A stretch of 64,000 nucleotides of DNA from Candidatus Dojkabacteria bacterium (GCA_016182915.1 JACPFP010000002.1:27188-91187); one strand, 5' to 3'. Counted from the stretch's first letter, positions 40,227 to 53,174 are shown. Made by a program: numbers and translations. Notes: a model not told the origin generated them from the letters alone.

Positions 40227-40864
40227 TTAATACTCCTATCAAACAGTAATATAGTTCTATCATCTTCCTTATTTTCAGAGAAGATCGCGGTGTGTACCTG
40301 CAGTTTATCAAACCTCCCTTTAGTACCTACAACCAAATCTCGATAATTAGATAATATTTCATTCTGCTGTCTCACATCCTTGATTCTTGCAATTGTCACA
40401 TGCGGGACATAGTTATCTAGTACATATTCTGACCCATACTCTAAAACATTGGTTCTCACCTCCGAAGATAATTTTGATAGATACTTTTCATCCAAATACT
40501 TATCTCGCAGAAGGTTCTCTCTTAGTGGATTAAAGTACTTAAGTGAAAGCGTATGCAAATCAAGAATCTCTTTAGTCAACAGAAACTTTAGCATTAAAAG
40601 TCCATTCGAGTTGAAGAACATATCTATAATTTCTACCTCCACTCTTTTACAATATTTTAGATATTCTTCAGCCGCACCACTTATTAAAGCTTCGTTACTT
40701 GAAGGGATAGAGATCAAATACATAGGGAAATGAAGGTGATACTTCTTATCGTCTATATACCAATCAGAGTTATACCTATCCCTTATCTCCTGGGATGTTT
40801 TAAGTATTAAATCATAGACTGGACCTAAGAGATTGAATCCGATATTTATTAGCATTGTATTCAT
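40223..40864 (-). CDS. hypothetical protein, possible 2H phosphoesterase (LigT-like)
   Basis: 213 aa. The second HxTxxR motif is HVTIAR. The first motif is degenerate (HLHF). Confidence 0.35.
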   Translation of the reverse strand: MNTMLINIGFNLLGPVYDLILKTSQEIRDRYNSDWYIDDKKYHLHFPMYLISIPSSNEALISGAAEEYLKYCKRVEVEIIDMFFNSNGLLMLKFLLTKEILDLHTLSLKYFNPLRENLLRDKYLDEKYLSKLSSEVRTNVLEYGSEYVLDNYVPHVTIARIKDVRQQNEILSNYRDLVVGTKGRFDKLQVHTAIFSENKEDDRTILLFDRSIN

Positions 40865-40955
40865 GATTGCCTTATTTTACACCAAAAATCTAAACACGTT
40901 TAGTATGGGAATTATATATCCCACGCTATAACTATCTTTTGTTATAATCTTCCAT

Positions 40956-41651
40956 ATGATTACATTTGAAACCATTACATTTTCAAAAGATAAAGATACA
41001 AAGATATCTGAGATTGAGTCACAACTCATTCCTATATATCTCTCAGTTTGGGATTGGAATTTCATACCAAAAACATATGAGGATAGGATACATTACACAA
41101 AGGAACTTATTAAAGCTGATAAAGCCTTAATTATAAAAGAGGATGGGAAATCAGTAGGATACATTGCATTCAAAACATACAAAGATGATAGTTTAGTCTA
41201 TCTATACGTAATTGAGATAGACGTACTAAAGGAATACAGAGGAAAAGGATATTCAAAAATACTTTTTGAAAAACTCTTAGAAACTGTTCAAATTGATATT
41301 CTTTACGGAGAAATTCAAAACCCTATCTCTACTAAATCAATTAACAGCGTAATGAGGAAGCATGGATACTACACATACTGGGTAGAGGAACCCGTTGATA
41401 CTAGCTATCCAACTAACAACCTTGTAAAGAGACTCTCCCGAAAAGTAGTTGAAATCTTTGACCCTGCAAACCTAGGTACATATAGAGACGGTATTAAAGA
41501 ATTTACAATGTACTCAGATGAACCTGAAGACAGATTAAATGTTGTACCAGAGTTAGAACATATCTTTAAGAAGGTAAAAGTTGCATCAGAAAAGTATTAC
41601 AAGTCTGCCTTTGGAGTATTAATTAGTGTGAAGAAAGAGATAATTAATTAG
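40956..41651 (+). CDS. GNAT family N-acetyltransferase
   Basis: 231 aa. The acetyl-CoA binding motif A is VIEIDVLKEYRGKGYSKILFEKLL. Confidence 0.6.
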   Translation: MITFETITFSKDKDTKISEIESQLIPIYLSVWDWNFIPKTYEDRIHYTKELIKADKALIIKEDGKSVGYIAFKTYKDDSLVYLYVIEIDVLKEYRGKGYSKILFEKLLETVQIDILYGEIQNPISTKSINSVMRKHGYYTYWVEEPVDTSYPTNNLVKRLSRKVVEIFDPANLGTYRDGIKEFTMYSDEPEDRLNVVPELEHIFKKVKVASEKYYKSAFGVLISVKKEIIN

Positions 41652-41740
41652 GCGCAGTTAAAGAAAAAGTGAATCCCATTTCACTAGTATTACATCTTTG
41701 ATATTGCTACCATTAACTATATAAATTCAAAACCCCCTAT

Positions 41741-42436
41741 ATGGACAATCTACACAATATTCAAATGCTAATCCTACGTGAACTTCTCTTCAGACCAAAT
41801 TCTAAATTCACCGAATTAAATATAAAGGGACTCTCTTCTGACCACTTCTCATACCACGTAAACACACTTATAGAGTTAGGATATGTTGAAAAAAAGAGTT
41901 TAAGATATACACTAAGCACAAAAGGAAAGGGATATGCAAACCAAATGGACACAGATGAAAGCCAGATAGAAAAACAACCCAAAATTGCAGTTATGATAGT
42001 TGGAATAAGGGAGAGTGGGGAAGGCCTAGAACTTCTTGTTCAGGAGAGAACAAAAGAGCCATACTACGGCTATAAGGGCTTTATAACAGGGAAGATACGG
42101 TATGGAGAAAAGGTTGAAGAAACTGCAAGAAGAGAGTTAAAAGAGGAGACCGGTCTAGATTGTTCAGAGTTCCATATTAAAAGAATAGTGCACAACTTAG
42201 TGAGGTTAGAAACCTCAGGAGAACTAGTTGAAGATAAGATGTTCTACATTGTAGTTGCTGTAAATCCAGTAGGGGAGATTGCAGATACTCGTAGCGGTAA
42301 AAATTCATGGATAACAGAGAAGCAATTCCACAGTATTAAAAAGAAATACTATGATGAGGAAAATATCTTTAAATATGCACTGCAGGAAACTGATATGGAT
42401 TTCGCAGAGGAGTCATTCATCGTAAAGGATTTCTAA
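41741..42436 (+). CDS. NUDIX hydrolase with N-terminal winged-helix domain
   Basis: 231 aa. The N-terminus is wHTH-like. The Nudix box is GKIRYGEKVEETARRELKEETGL. Confidence 0.7.
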   Translation: MDNLHNIQMLILRELLFRPNSKFTELNIKGLSSDHFSYHVNTLIELGYVEKKSLRYTLSTKGKGYANQMDTDESQIEKQPKIAVMIVGIRESGEGLELLVQERTKEPYYGYKGFITGKIRYGEKVEETARRELKEETGLDCSEFHIKRIVHNLVRLETSGELVEDKMFYIVVAVNPVGEIADTRSGKNSWITEKQFHSIKKKYYDEENIFKYALQETDMDFAEESFIVKDF

Positions 42437-42480
42437 AATACTGTAGCGATCTAAAGACTCTTGGTAGTATAATTACCTCT

Positions 42481-42987
42481 ATGGATAAATACTACCTTGG
42501 TTCTGTTTCAGAAATTACTAAATACTGTGAAATGTACCTTCCCCTTGTCTTCTCCCAAACAAAAGAGATCTACAAAATCAACATCCTCGAGAGTAATTAT
42601 GAGGGGGATCATTTGGGAGTTCAGACCTCTTCAACAGACGAATATGAAGAGTACTTTAAACTTCTTTCCTCATATATGAATCATAAGTTCACAAATATCC
42701 TTCATGGGAGAAGGGTTGCTATGTTTTCCTTTATGGAAGAATTTAAAGTCCAAAATATAAAGTTTAATGGTATTGAGATATTTGAGCCCAAAAAAGATTC
42801 GGACACTCAGAAACTTAAACTTGGAATAGAACATCTAGCAATAGTAGTTAAGAATTTTGATGATTTTGCTAAAGAATTCCCTGAGAAATATATTGGAAAG
42901 ATTGCAGAGTATCCAGAAGGAAAATTTCTTAAAACAAAGTTTATGAATCTGGTAGAGATTGAATTTAGAGATAGAAGTTTAATATAA
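42481..42987 (+). CDS. hypothetical protein (possible VOC/glyoxalase-like fold)
   Basis: 168 aa. The GIEHLAIVVKNFD segment is only weakly suggestive. Confidence 0.4.
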   Translation: MDKYYLGSVSEITKYCEMYLPLVFSQTKEIYKINILESNYEGDHLGVQTSSTDEYEEYFKLLSSYMNHKFTNILHGRRVAMFSFMEEFKVQNIKFNGIEIFEPKKDSDTQKLKLGIEHLAIVVKNFDDFAKEFPEKYIGKIAEYPEGKFLKTKFMNLVEIEFRDRSLI

Positions 42988-43470
42988 CTAGAATATTGAA
43001 ACCTTTTCCTCTAAGTGGGTAATCCGAATCTGTTGAGCTTTAAGAGTCTCGTTAGTATCCCTATCACTTCTCTTTAATTCCTTATTACTCTCTTCCAATC
43101 TCATCTGACTCTCCTCAAACTTTTTTTGCCCTTGTTCTAAAGAGTGTAAAGTGATTGTAAGTTCACCCTCTATATATTTATTGATTCCTACAACAACATC
43201 TTGTACAACCAGAATTCTCCGATTATGGTTCTTTAAAGTTTCCTCAATTAAGTTAAACCTTTCGTCGATTTGTCTAAACTTAGCGTCAATCAGGTTAAAC
43301 CTATTACTTATAGGGTCAAAAAAGGTCACCTTTAATATTTGTATATCTCTTTTAGTCAGCATATTAGATTTATAATAATTTAGACATATACAATTGTAAA
43401 ACAAAGATGTGAAATAAATATGAACCAAGGAATTTTCAGGGGATTTTAAAGTAGAGGGTTTTCTAGTCAC
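42988..43470 (-). CDS. hypothetical coiled-coil protein
   Basis: 160 aa. The C-terminal half is predicted coiled-coil and is E/K/L/Q-rich. Confidence 0.4.
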   Translation of the reverse strand: MTRKPSTLKSPENSLVHIYFTSLFYNCICLNYYKSNMLTKRDIQILKVTFFDPISNRFNLIDAKFRQIDERFNLIEETLKNHNRRILVVQDVVVGINKYIEGELTITLHSLEQGQKKFEESQMRLEESNKELKRSDRDTNETLKAQQIRITHLEEKVSIF

Positions 43471-43533
43471 ATACTACTTTGAATTAGTGCCAACATTCCG
43501 TATACTTAGACAACCATTTTAAACCTAACAAAT

Positions 43534-44091
43534 ATGAACGATGCAGCAAGCCTCATTAACTCAATTGTTTTTCTAAACAAGTTTAAACATGTACAAAGAC
43601 TTTCTTTAATCTCTAAAGAGGGAAGAAGAGAGACTGATGCTGAACATACCTGGCATTTAGTAATGACCATATGGATGCTCTCCGAAAAGTATGAAAAGAA
43701 AATTGATCTAAATAAAGCTATTAAAATGGCTCTCGTACACGATCTAGTTGAAATTATAGCTGGAGATGTATATGCACACTCAACCGAAGTATCAAAAGAA
43801 CAGAAGAGAATGAACGAGATAAATGCAATGAAAGAGATTGTGCCACAACTTCCGATAAGATTTGGCAAGGAAGTAAGAGAACTTTGGGAAGAGTATGAGG
43901 AAAGAAGTAGTGAAGAAGCCAAATTTGTTTGGCTAACAGATAAAATAATGCCAAGAATAATATACAAGCTGACAGAAGGTGACTCGACAGATGATATGGA
44001 ATCCGATACCACTCATGATCAGGAACAAATAAAGAAGATAAGAGGTATGAGCAAGCTATTTTCAGAATTATTGGATGAGATCTATAACTAA
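43534..44091 (+). CDS. HD domain phosphohydrolase (YfbR-like)
   Basis: 185 aa. The metal ligands are H...HTWH...HDLVEI...D. Confidence 0.75.
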   Translation: MNDAASLINSIVFLNKFKHVQRLSLISKEGRRETDAEHTWHLVMTIWMLSEKYEKKIDLNKAIKMALVHDLVEIIAGDVYAHSTEVSKEQKRMNEINAMKEIVPQLPIRFGKEVRELWEEYEERSSEEAKFVWLTDKIMPRIIYKLTEGDSTDDMESDTTHDQEQIKKIRGMSKLFSELLDEIYN

Positions 44092-44154
44092 CATTCCAAA
44101 GCTTTCAGTTAGTGCTATAGTGTACTTAACCTAAAATAATACCCTCAAAGCGAA

Positions 44155-44886
44155 ATGAAAAAGAAATCTAGTCTTGTAAAAAAGGTAACCTCAAATAGAT
44201 TGACCTCTGGAATAATAACTCTTGGGCTTCTACTCATTCTCTCCACCGTCACATACTATCTCACAAAGCCAGAGTTACAAACTGAGGTAGAAAATACCAA
44301 ACAAAAAAGCACTTTCAACTTAATGATAAATGACAAAGACTACTTTAAAATATCAACTGAAAAGTTTGACTACGAAGACACATTTAAGGAGGAAGAGAGA
44401 GGGTCAGGGTGGGTGAGATACTCAGATAATACTAAACTAGTAGGCTCGAGCTCCAACCTATTTACATACTTTGCAACCGAGCGGGCTATGACAGACTATT
44501 TAGCTGGGGAAACTGTAACCACACCACTTGAAGAGGTAAAAGATTTTAAAGGATACTATGTTAGGAAGAATGAAAATAATGGAGATTATGGTTCAGGGGT
44601 AATCTACGTATGGGAGCCAAAGGTAGCAGTACACAACTATCTAGCCAGCCATATCTATTACTACACAAATATTGATTATGATAAAGAAACAACCTCAGCA
44701 AACTTTAATATTAAGGACTCAAATGTATATTCCAAGAACTGTGTTTTAGATGTATCTCAGGTAGATACTGAGGTTTTCGGATATATAGTATTTTCTGGCT
44801 ATAGATCAGTTGGCTCCGAAACCGACTACTGTGAAAACCTGAGAGAGAATAGCCAGTTCAAAATAGAGTATGTAAAGGGACGGTAA
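44155..44886 (+). CDS. hypothetical membrane-anchored/secreted protein
   Basis: 243 aa. The N-terminal TM or signal anchor is ITLGLLLILSTVTYYL. Confidence 0.5.
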   Translation: MKKKSSLVKKVTSNRLTSGIITLGLLLILSTVTYYLTKPELQTEVENTKQKSTFNLMINDKDYFKISTEKFDYEDTFKEEERGSGWVRYSDNTKLVGSSSNLFTYFATERAMTDYLAGETVTTPLEEVKDFKGYYVRKNENNGDYGSGVIYVWEPKVAVHNYLASHIYYYTNIDYDKETTSANFNIKDSNVYSKNCVLDVSQVDTEVFGYIVFSGYRSVGSETDYCENLRENSQFKIEYVKGR

Positions 44887-44993
44887 GCCCTTAATTGTAA
44901 AACTTGTTTTCATACCCCCTAAATTGTAGAATGGAAGTGTAAAGTAAATATTTTAAATAGATAAGATATATAAATTAATTATCTAAATAAATT

Positions 44994-45464
44994 ATGCTAC
45001 TAAACAGTCCCTCCCTAACACACGATGGTGAGATACCATCCAAATATACCTGTGACGGAGACGACATACTCCCTCCATTTAAAATTTTCTATCCACCTCA
45101 TGACGCGTTAAGTCTAGTCTTTGTAGTGGAGGACCACGATGCCCCAGCCGGGATTTGGACCCACTTGATGGTATGGAACATCGATCCGAGTATTAAAGAG
45201 ATTGAAGAGGGAAAAGTACCAATGGGAGTAGTGGGAAAAAATTCAGGGATGACAGAAGGGTGGTATAGTATATGCCCACCAGAAGGGGAACACAGATACT
45301 TCTTCAAAATATTTGCTCTGGATACTAAATTAGATTTGGACCCAGAGACAGCAACAAGAGATGATCTACTTCTCGCAATGGAAGAGCACATCCTTGCAAA
45401 GGAGGAACTCATGGGAAGATATACAAAGGTGGAAAACAAAGTAACATTAGAACAACCGGTGTAA
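44994..45464 (+). CDS. YbhB/YbcL family phosphatidylethanolamine-binding protein (PEBP)
   Basis: 156 aa. It carries the PEBP signature DxD...HxxxW (DHDAPAGIWTHLMVWNI) and a C-terminal YFFKIFALD. Confidence 0.8.
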   Translation: MLLNSPSLTHDGEIPSKYTCDGDDILPPFKIFYPPHDALSLVFVVEDHDAPAGIWTHLMVWNIDPSIKEIEEGKVPMGVVGKNSGMTEGWYSICPPEGEHRYFFKIFALDTKLDLDPETATRDDLLLAMEEHILAKEELMGRYTKVENKVTLEQPV

Positions 45465-45471
45465 AAAGGGA

Positions 45472-45900
45472 CTAAGCCGCTACAACATCTTTGATATCAT
45501 TAATACACATCCAGGCACATCCTGTTCCAAAACCGTTTTTGTAAATATGAAAAGGGACATTTACCGGCGTTGGGTCTTTTAAAAACATGAGAATACAGTA
45601 CCTCTTCTTTTGATAGAACTCTGTATACTCCCCATCAGCCATCCCTATTCCATCTCCATATTTCTCAACAATCTCTTCAAACATACCTTTATTTAGATTC
45701 TGGAATTGAAGGGCCTTTTCAACCGTTGCAAAAGCAGTAACTTTTTCTCCTGCATTTTTGAAATATATTATATCTCCCACAAACACCCGATCCCAGGGTG
45801 AAATCCTACTTCTATACCACCTTGATTCAATAGTTTTCTTTCTTTGAAGTATGAAATCAATATACCCTAATTTCTTCGTCATGATAGCAATATGCTGCAT
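45472..45900 (-). CDS. ASCH domain protein
   Basis: 142 aa. The N-terminal motif KKTIESRW is the ASCH signature (PUA-like fold). Confidence 0.55.
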   Translation of the reverse strand: MQHIAIMTKKLGYIDFILQRKKTIESRWYRSRISPWDRVFVGDIIYFKNAGEKVTAFATVEKALQFQNLNKGMFEEIVEKYGDGIGMADGEYTEFYQKKRYCILMFLKDPTPVNVPFHIYKNGFGTGCAWMCINDIKDVVAA

Positions 45901-45974
45901 ACACAGATATTATAACGAAAGAAAGTAAAAGGGAAATGGGTATGCGAATTCCATTAAAACACCTCTATAGCACA

Positions 45975-47330
45975 TTATAAGATATTTAGGAGAAAGAGCA
46001 CCAAATAGAAAAGGGCGGCAAGACAGAGAAATCCTGTTATGACAAGAGGAGTACGATATCTTCCTTCCAACATCCTGGTGTTCAGTATCACAGTGAGGAT
46101 AGCAATTAAAGACATACTCACAGCATTTATAACCGCACCAGTAACAAGCAACCATACTGGACTTGTGAATCCAAGAAGAAGAAGGGTCGAACCTATCAAT
46201 AGTTGGATAATAATTGTATACACGTATATCAAACCGTTTGAATAACGATTAAAAATTGGATACCTTTTAAATACATTCACCGCAACTCTTCCTGTAATAT
46301 CATAGATACCAATCTGCACAGAGAGGAGGGAGAGGAAGCCAATCAAGAGGAATCCTTTTCCCATAATATCTCCCCAGAGGCTACCAATTGTCCTTGATTC
46401 CAACCGAAGAAAATCTAACGAGTTGGGCACCAAACTGGATCCATCAAGAAGCTTGGATGCAAGATATGAGAGGAGTACAATTGTAATAATCCCCAAAAGC
46501 CAGAAAAAGAAAATATTTTCAATAACCTGAAACCTCCTTAGCTTCCTAAAGTTACGAAGGCTCTCGTCATCAACCGCAGGAGTCACATCCTCGTGCTTTA
46601 TACTTATAGTACTCCATAGTGAAAGCGGGGGGAAGAACTTCGTCATACCATGTCTTTCCTCAATTGTATAAAAACTCTGACTCAAGATTAAGATTCCACC
46701 TGTACCTGCATATGCAATTGCCCCAAGAAAAATTGAAAAATCCAAATCTTTGGGGAAAAACCTATACCCATTACCACTTCCCCCCAATCCTCCCAGAACT
46801 CCACTCAAATCACCCAAATTAAAAAGGGAGACAGAGAGATACATTACTAGAATAAAGCTGAATATTACAATCGCGGACTGAATTGGTTCAATTTTGCTAT
46901 ATACATTCCTTCCTATTAAAAGAACCGAAGAGCATAACAGGAGTAGGAAGGTCGGAAGCAACTTGGAAACAGAAGAGAGTGTGGGAACGATATCGACTAG
47001 CAGTTCGGAAGCAGAAGCCGCAAAGCCTGGCCATCCAAAACCAAGGATGGAAGCAAAAAGTAGAATCATGGGAAGTATAGGGTTCAGTCTGTAAACCCCA
47101 CTTACAAAGTCCTCTCCTTTAACTGATGTATATCTCTGAATTTCAAGGATGAGAATTAGCTGTATTGTAATACCTAATAATGCCCCCCACAAAATTCCAT
47201 ACCCATATGTCACGGTGAGAAGAGGCCAGAGAATAAACTCCCCACTACCCAAGCCCATTCCCAGACTAACCAAACTAACCCCAAGTTCCTTGATTCCGAT
47301 TTTCCCTAATTTTGGAAAATTTCTAACCAT
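45975..47330 (-). CDS. polytopic membrane transporter-like protein (Nramp-like topology)
   Basis: 451 aa with about 11 TM helices. The N-terminus is G-rich. LGMGLGSGEF sits where Nramp has GPGF...DPGN. Assignment is weak. Confidence 0.45.
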   Translation of the reverse strand: MVRNFPKLGKIGIKELGVSLVSLGMGLGSGEFILWPLLTVTYGYGILWGALLGITIQLILILEIQRYTSVKGEDFVSGVYRLNPILPMILLFASILGFGWPGFAASASELLVDIVPTLSSVSKLLPTFLLLLCSSVLLIGRNVYSKIEPIQSAIVIFSFILVMYLSVSLFNLGDLSGVLGGLGGSGNGYRFFPKDLDFSIFLGAIAYAGTGGILILSQSFYTIEERHGMTKFFPPLSLWSTISIKHEDVTPAVDDESLRNFRKLRRFQVIENIFFFWLLGIITIVLLSYLASKLLDGSSLVPNSLDFLRLESRTIGSLWGDIMGKGFLLIGFLSLLSVQIGIYDITGRVAVNVFKRYPIFNRYSNGLIYVYTIIIQLLIGSTLLLLGFTSPVWLLVTGAVINAVSMSLIAILTVILNTRMLEGRYRTPLVITGFLCLAALFYLVLFLLNIL

Positions 47331-47423
47331 AACTTCATATTACATGAGATTTACCATAGATGTAAAAATTACTTAAAACTTAAGTTATGGTATATTCGGA
47401 TACGTAACCTTATATATAAATAT

Positions 47424-48521
47424 ATGGAATCACTATCACAATTTGCAAAAGAGGAGCTCGTTAATATACAAAAAGATCTTGATGTGAGGCTTCTTGAGTA
47501 TATGGAAAGTGAGGTCATGCCACAGGCGAAACAGTACCACCTTTCAACGGAAGTTGCGATGAATGCATATAAGGAAATTGTCGTAAGGGGCGGGAAAAGA
47601 CTTAGAGGAGCCTTTGTATTAAAAGGCTATGAACTGTTTAAAGGAAGGATAGATGAGGAGATATATAAAGCCGCCATGGCGATTGAGATGATGCATGCAT
47701 ATATACTCGTAATCGATGATTTCAATGATAGATCGGATATTAGAAGAAAAGGGCCAACAGCTCATAAAATGGTCGAAAAGTTTCATACCGATAATCAACT
47801 TAAAGGAGACTCCTTCCATTTTGGAATCTCGGAGGCCACAGTAGCCGCTACATTTGTTGGTCAACATGTAGCAAACAGCCTATTACTTTCAATAGATTTA
47901 CCAAAAGAAAGAGTAATAAGGGCCGTTCAGGGTTTTGATAAAGCGGTCAGAATTACCGGATTAGGCCAGATTAGAGATATATATAATCAAACAATAGACA
48001 ATGCTACAGAAATGGATGTCCTCAAGGTTCATGAGTATAAGACTTCTGTATATACATATCTAAACCCCCTCCAGCTTGGAGCAACCCTAGCAGGGGCTAG
48101 TGAACAGGATATTGAAAAACTTAAGGGATACTCAATCCCAGCCGGTATAGCATTTCAAATACAAGACGATATCCTAGGCATGTTTGGAGACCCGAAAGAG
48201 ACAGGGAAATCAAATAAAGACGACCTAATGGAAGGAAAGATAACTTTGTTGATAACAAAAGCCTTAGAAAATGTAACTAGCAAGGAGAGGGAAATTATAA
48301 TGAAAGGTCTAGGCAATAGATTCCTCACCGACCAACTTCACAAGCAAGTTCAAGAGATTATTGTAAAAACAGGTTCGTTGGAATACTCAAAAGAGCTCTC
48401 TTTTAAATTAGTCAAAGAAGCTAAAGAGAGTCTCTCAACCCAATTCAAAGAATATTCAGAAAACAATGGCTTCAAGTTTATTTTGGGAATTGCTGACTAC
48501 ATGATTGAAAGGAAGTTCTAA
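47424..48521 (+). CDS. trans-polyprenyl diphosphate synthase (GGPP/FPP synthase family)
   Basis: 365 aa. The first Asp-rich motif is LVIDDFNDRSD. The second Asp-rich motif is FQIQDDILG. Confidence 0.85.
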   Translation: MESLSQFAKEELVNIQKDLDVRLLEYMESEVMPQAKQYHLSTEVAMNAYKEIVVRGGKRLRGAFVLKGYELFKGRIDEEIYKAAMAIEMMHAYILVIDDFNDRSDIRRKGPTAHKMVEKFHTDNQLKGDSFHFGISEATVAATFVGQHVANSLLLSIDLPKERVIRAVQGFDKAVRITGLGQIRDIYNQTIDNATEMDVLKVHEYKTSVYTYLNPLQLGATLAGASEQDIEKLKGYSIPAGIAFQIQDDILGMFGDPKETGKSNKDDLMEGKITLLITKALENVTSKEREIIMKGLGNRFLTDQLHKQVQEIIVKTGSLEYSKELSFKLVKEAKESLSTQFKEYSENNGFKFILGIADYMIERKF

Positions 48522-48550
48522 GCGGTTGCAATTTAATCCCACCATGATAA

Positions 48551-50506
<1,956 letters not shown>

Positions 50507-50522
50507 CTAAGAAGCTTTAGAT

Positions 50523-51158
50523 TTAAACGTTTGCGAAAAGATTCACAATTGCCTTATAGAACTGCTTCTTATTCAAGTACTGATCAATTATCAAAAAATC
50601 AATCCCGGCGTTACTTGCAAAATCAAAGTCTGTCTTTGAATCACCGAAGTACATATACTCGGTTTTTGGGATATCATACTTTTTAACAAGTTCTTCAATA
50701 CAGTATGGATCCGGTTTCTCGTGCCCCTCATCAGAACACGAGATTATATTATCAAAATACTTACTCAATTTCCCGTTATCTAAAATCTTCTTCAGAGAAC
50801 CATACTGTCTATTTGTACATATTGAAAGTATCTTCTCATTTGCCTTCAACTGTTTAAAGAAATCCTCTGCTCCTTCAAAACAGATAATCCCATCGGCTGC
50901 ATTCTTTTTGTGAAGCTCCTCATTTTCTGCAACCATCTTAATTGGATCGGCAGTTATGTTAAACTCTTTCAAGGCTTCCTCAAAGATTAGGTGCATTGCC
51001 TTTCCTCTGGTTATAAAGTGAAGGTTTCGAAGATAGCTCTCGTTCTGCTCTGTCATAGATTTCATATAGGGAAGGAATGTATCAACAAACATCTGTTGAT
51101 TAAAATCGTAGGAAGCACTAATTGTGTCGTCGAGGTCAAAAATAATGTGTCTTTTCAT
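50523..51158 (-). CDS. HAD superfamily hydrolase
   Basis: 211 aa. HAD motif I is IIFDLDDTI. Downstream motifs III/IV are GDSKTDFD. Confidence 0.7.
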   Translation of the reverse strand: MKRHIIFDLDDTISASYDFNQQMFVDTFLPYMKSMTEQNESYLRNLHFITRGKAMHLIFEEALKEFNITADPIKMVAENEELHKKNAADGIICFEGAEDFFKQLKANEKILSICTNRQYGSLKKILDNGKLSKYFDNIISCSDEGHEKPDPYCIEELVKKYDIPKTEYMYFGDSKTDFDFASNAGIDFLIIDQYLNKKQFYKAIVNLFANV

Positions 51159-51257
51159 TTATGTCCTTAATCTTGATAAAGAATAGTATTGCGTTAGAGA
51201 TTATACCCCAAACCCAACATAATTTAAATATTATCTATTTGGGAATATAATAAGTCA

Positions 51258-52247
51258 ATGATTATAGACCTACAAGCCCACTATCAAAAGAGCCAGGTAG
51301 TGGAATACTACGAAACAGTTCAGTCTCCACTCTGTGTAGGTATTGATGACCTTCAGATAGAGCAAAAAGACATTGAATTTCTTGATACCGTAAAGCCTTC
51401 CTGCATAATACTCCTTGGAAATAACATTAGAGATTATACCCAAACCAAGCAGTTAATCGAAGATATTCATAATTATGCTAAGTCAAAGGGAAGTAGGATA
51501 AGGGTATCTGTAGATGAAGAAGGAGGCATAGTCTCAAGATTCAAAAACTTAGAAAAATACCCAAAAGGCTTCACAGGCATGAGAGGATACGATAGCGCTC
51601 AGGCAAAAAAACAAAGCATATTTCTCAAAGAGATTGGCATTGATATGAACCTTGCCCCTGTGGTCGACATAGCATATAAACCAACATCAGCGCTTTCAAT
51701 TAGGTCAGCAGGAAATAGCCCAGCGATAGTTACAAGGACCTCATCAAACTACATTAAAACACTTCGGGAGCACGCGATAGAGAGTACACCCAAACATTTT
51801 CCTGGGCTAGGCAGGACAAGTAGCGATACACATTTTAAAGAAACAACCGTTGAAATCACAAAGGAGGAGTGGCACAAAACAGATGCAGTCCCATATATTG
51901 CGGCTATAGAAGCTGGTGCAGAGAATATTATGCTAGGTCATGTAATATATCCAAAGGTTGATACCTTGCCAGCGACCATCTCTAAAATGTGGGTAGAAAT
52001 ATTAAGAGGGGAATTAGGATTTAAAGGCAGGATAGTTACAGATGATTTGAAAATGTTAGGTTTAGAAAATTTTACAACCTCGTATCATTGCAAGGGAGAT
52101 ATTGTAAAAGGGAAGGAACCAAACCATGCATATGCAATCAAAAACAGCTTAGATGCAGGTATTAATACCCCTCTCATAATACTTTCAGAAGAGGATATGT
52201 TGCGAACATATTATGAATGGATAAGCATTGAAAAGAAGTGTATATAA
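51258..52247 (+). CDS. nagZ: beta-N-acetylhexosaminidase (GH3, NagZ-like)
   Basis: 329 aa. The GH3 N-domain motif is KHFPGLGRTSSDTHF, with upstream KEIGIDMNLAPVVD. Confidence 0.65.
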   Translation: MIIDLQAHYQKSQVVEYYETVQSPLCVGIDDLQIEQKDIEFLDTVKPSCIILLGNNIRDYTQTKQLIEDIHNYAKSKGSRIRVSVDEEGGIVSRFKNLEKYPKGFTGMRGYDSAQAKKQSIFLKEIGIDMNLAPVVDIAYKPTSALSIRSAGNSPAIVTRTSSNYIKTLREHAIESTPKHFPGLGRTSSDTHFKETTVEITKEEWHKTDAVPYIAAIEAGAENIMLGHVIYPKVDTLPATISKMWVEILRGELGFKGRIVTDDLKMLGLENFTTSYHCKGDIVKGKEPNHAYAIKNSLDAGINTPLIILSEEDMLRTYYEWISIEKKCI

Positions 52248-52284
52248 CAATATAATGAAGGGTCTAAATTAAGAAATTACACTC

Positions 52285-53103
52285 GTGATTAGTATTGAAA
52301 AAGCGATTAAGTTCCCTTTTGCACAGAACGATTGGCAGAAAACCGTAGGGATCTACTTTCTAACTACCCTAGTAATAGCCGTTATAACCTTTATGCTCCA
52401 ATTAGTATTCCAAGTCCCTTCAGATATACTTGAGGCGATTGCCAAAGAAAGCGGAGATCAATCTATATACCTCTTTGCACAAGGAATAGGTGCCTTTTAT
52501 ATTGTGGTTAGTTCTATTGTCTCCATCCTCATATTCCCAGTAACCCTATACCTAAATGGTTACACTTTTGATGTAATAAGGCATATCGTATACGGGAAAG
52601 ATCCTGCGATAACTCCTCATGGTAATTATGCGTTCAGATTGAAACTCGGAGCAGTTAGGATAGTAATAACTACTATTCTCGGTCTATTTGCATTTATCCT
52701 CCTCTTCATCCCGGGATTAACTGGATTGGCTGGAGTTCTTTCATTAGAGTCAATCCCCGTGTTAGGAACGCTCTTAATTGCAATTGCAGGAGTAATCTCC
52801 GTAGCATGGATTCTCTTTTTAGTATTAGGTCTCAAGCTTATGCAATTTGCAATGGAATACCTATACCTCACCAAAGGATTCAAATTTATATTCAACCCGC
52901 CACAACTACTCGCAATTGTCTCTAAGAACATAAAGCCATTCTTAATTCTATACGCTCTGGAAATTCTAGGAACCGTACTTATGAGCTTTATATTCGTAAT
53001 ATGTTGCGTTATCCCAATAATATATCCGGTAATATCAACTATTTTCGCCTTCGCAATATCATACTACTACGGTATGACATATCGAGAAATTAGGGAGCAA
53101 TAG
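52285..53103 (+). CDS. hypothetical polytopic membrane protein
   Basis: 272 aa with about 6 TM helices. Confidence 0.5.
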   Translation: MISIEKAIKFPFAQNDWQKTVGIYFLTTLVIAVITFMLQLVFQVPSDILEAIAKESGDQSIYLFAQGIGAFYIVVSSIVSILIFPVTLYLNGYTFDVIRHIVYGKDPAITPHGNYAFRLKLGAVRIVITTILGLFAFILLFIPGLTGLAGVLSLESIPVLGTLLIAIAGVISVAWILFLVLGLKLMQFAMEYLYLTKGFKFIFNPPQLLAIVSKNIKPFLILYALEILGTVLMSFIFVICCVIPIIYPVISTIFAFAISYYYGMTYREIREQ

Positions 53104-53174
53104 AGGGTTTAACAAAAGACCCATTTTAAGGTATTATTGTTCACGACTTGCGTATAAATTAGATACTACAAGAC

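Noticed and set aside
43506-44012. 168-aa minus-strand ORF overlapping the HD-domain gene
   Set aside because: It is antisense to a plus-strand gene with clear HD metal-ligand motifs. It has no features of its own.
45910-46155. 81-aa minus-strand ORF overlapping the 3' end of the 451-aa membrane protein gene
   Set aside because: It is Cys/His-rich and an out-of-frame overlap with a long coherent TM protein. It is likely spurious.
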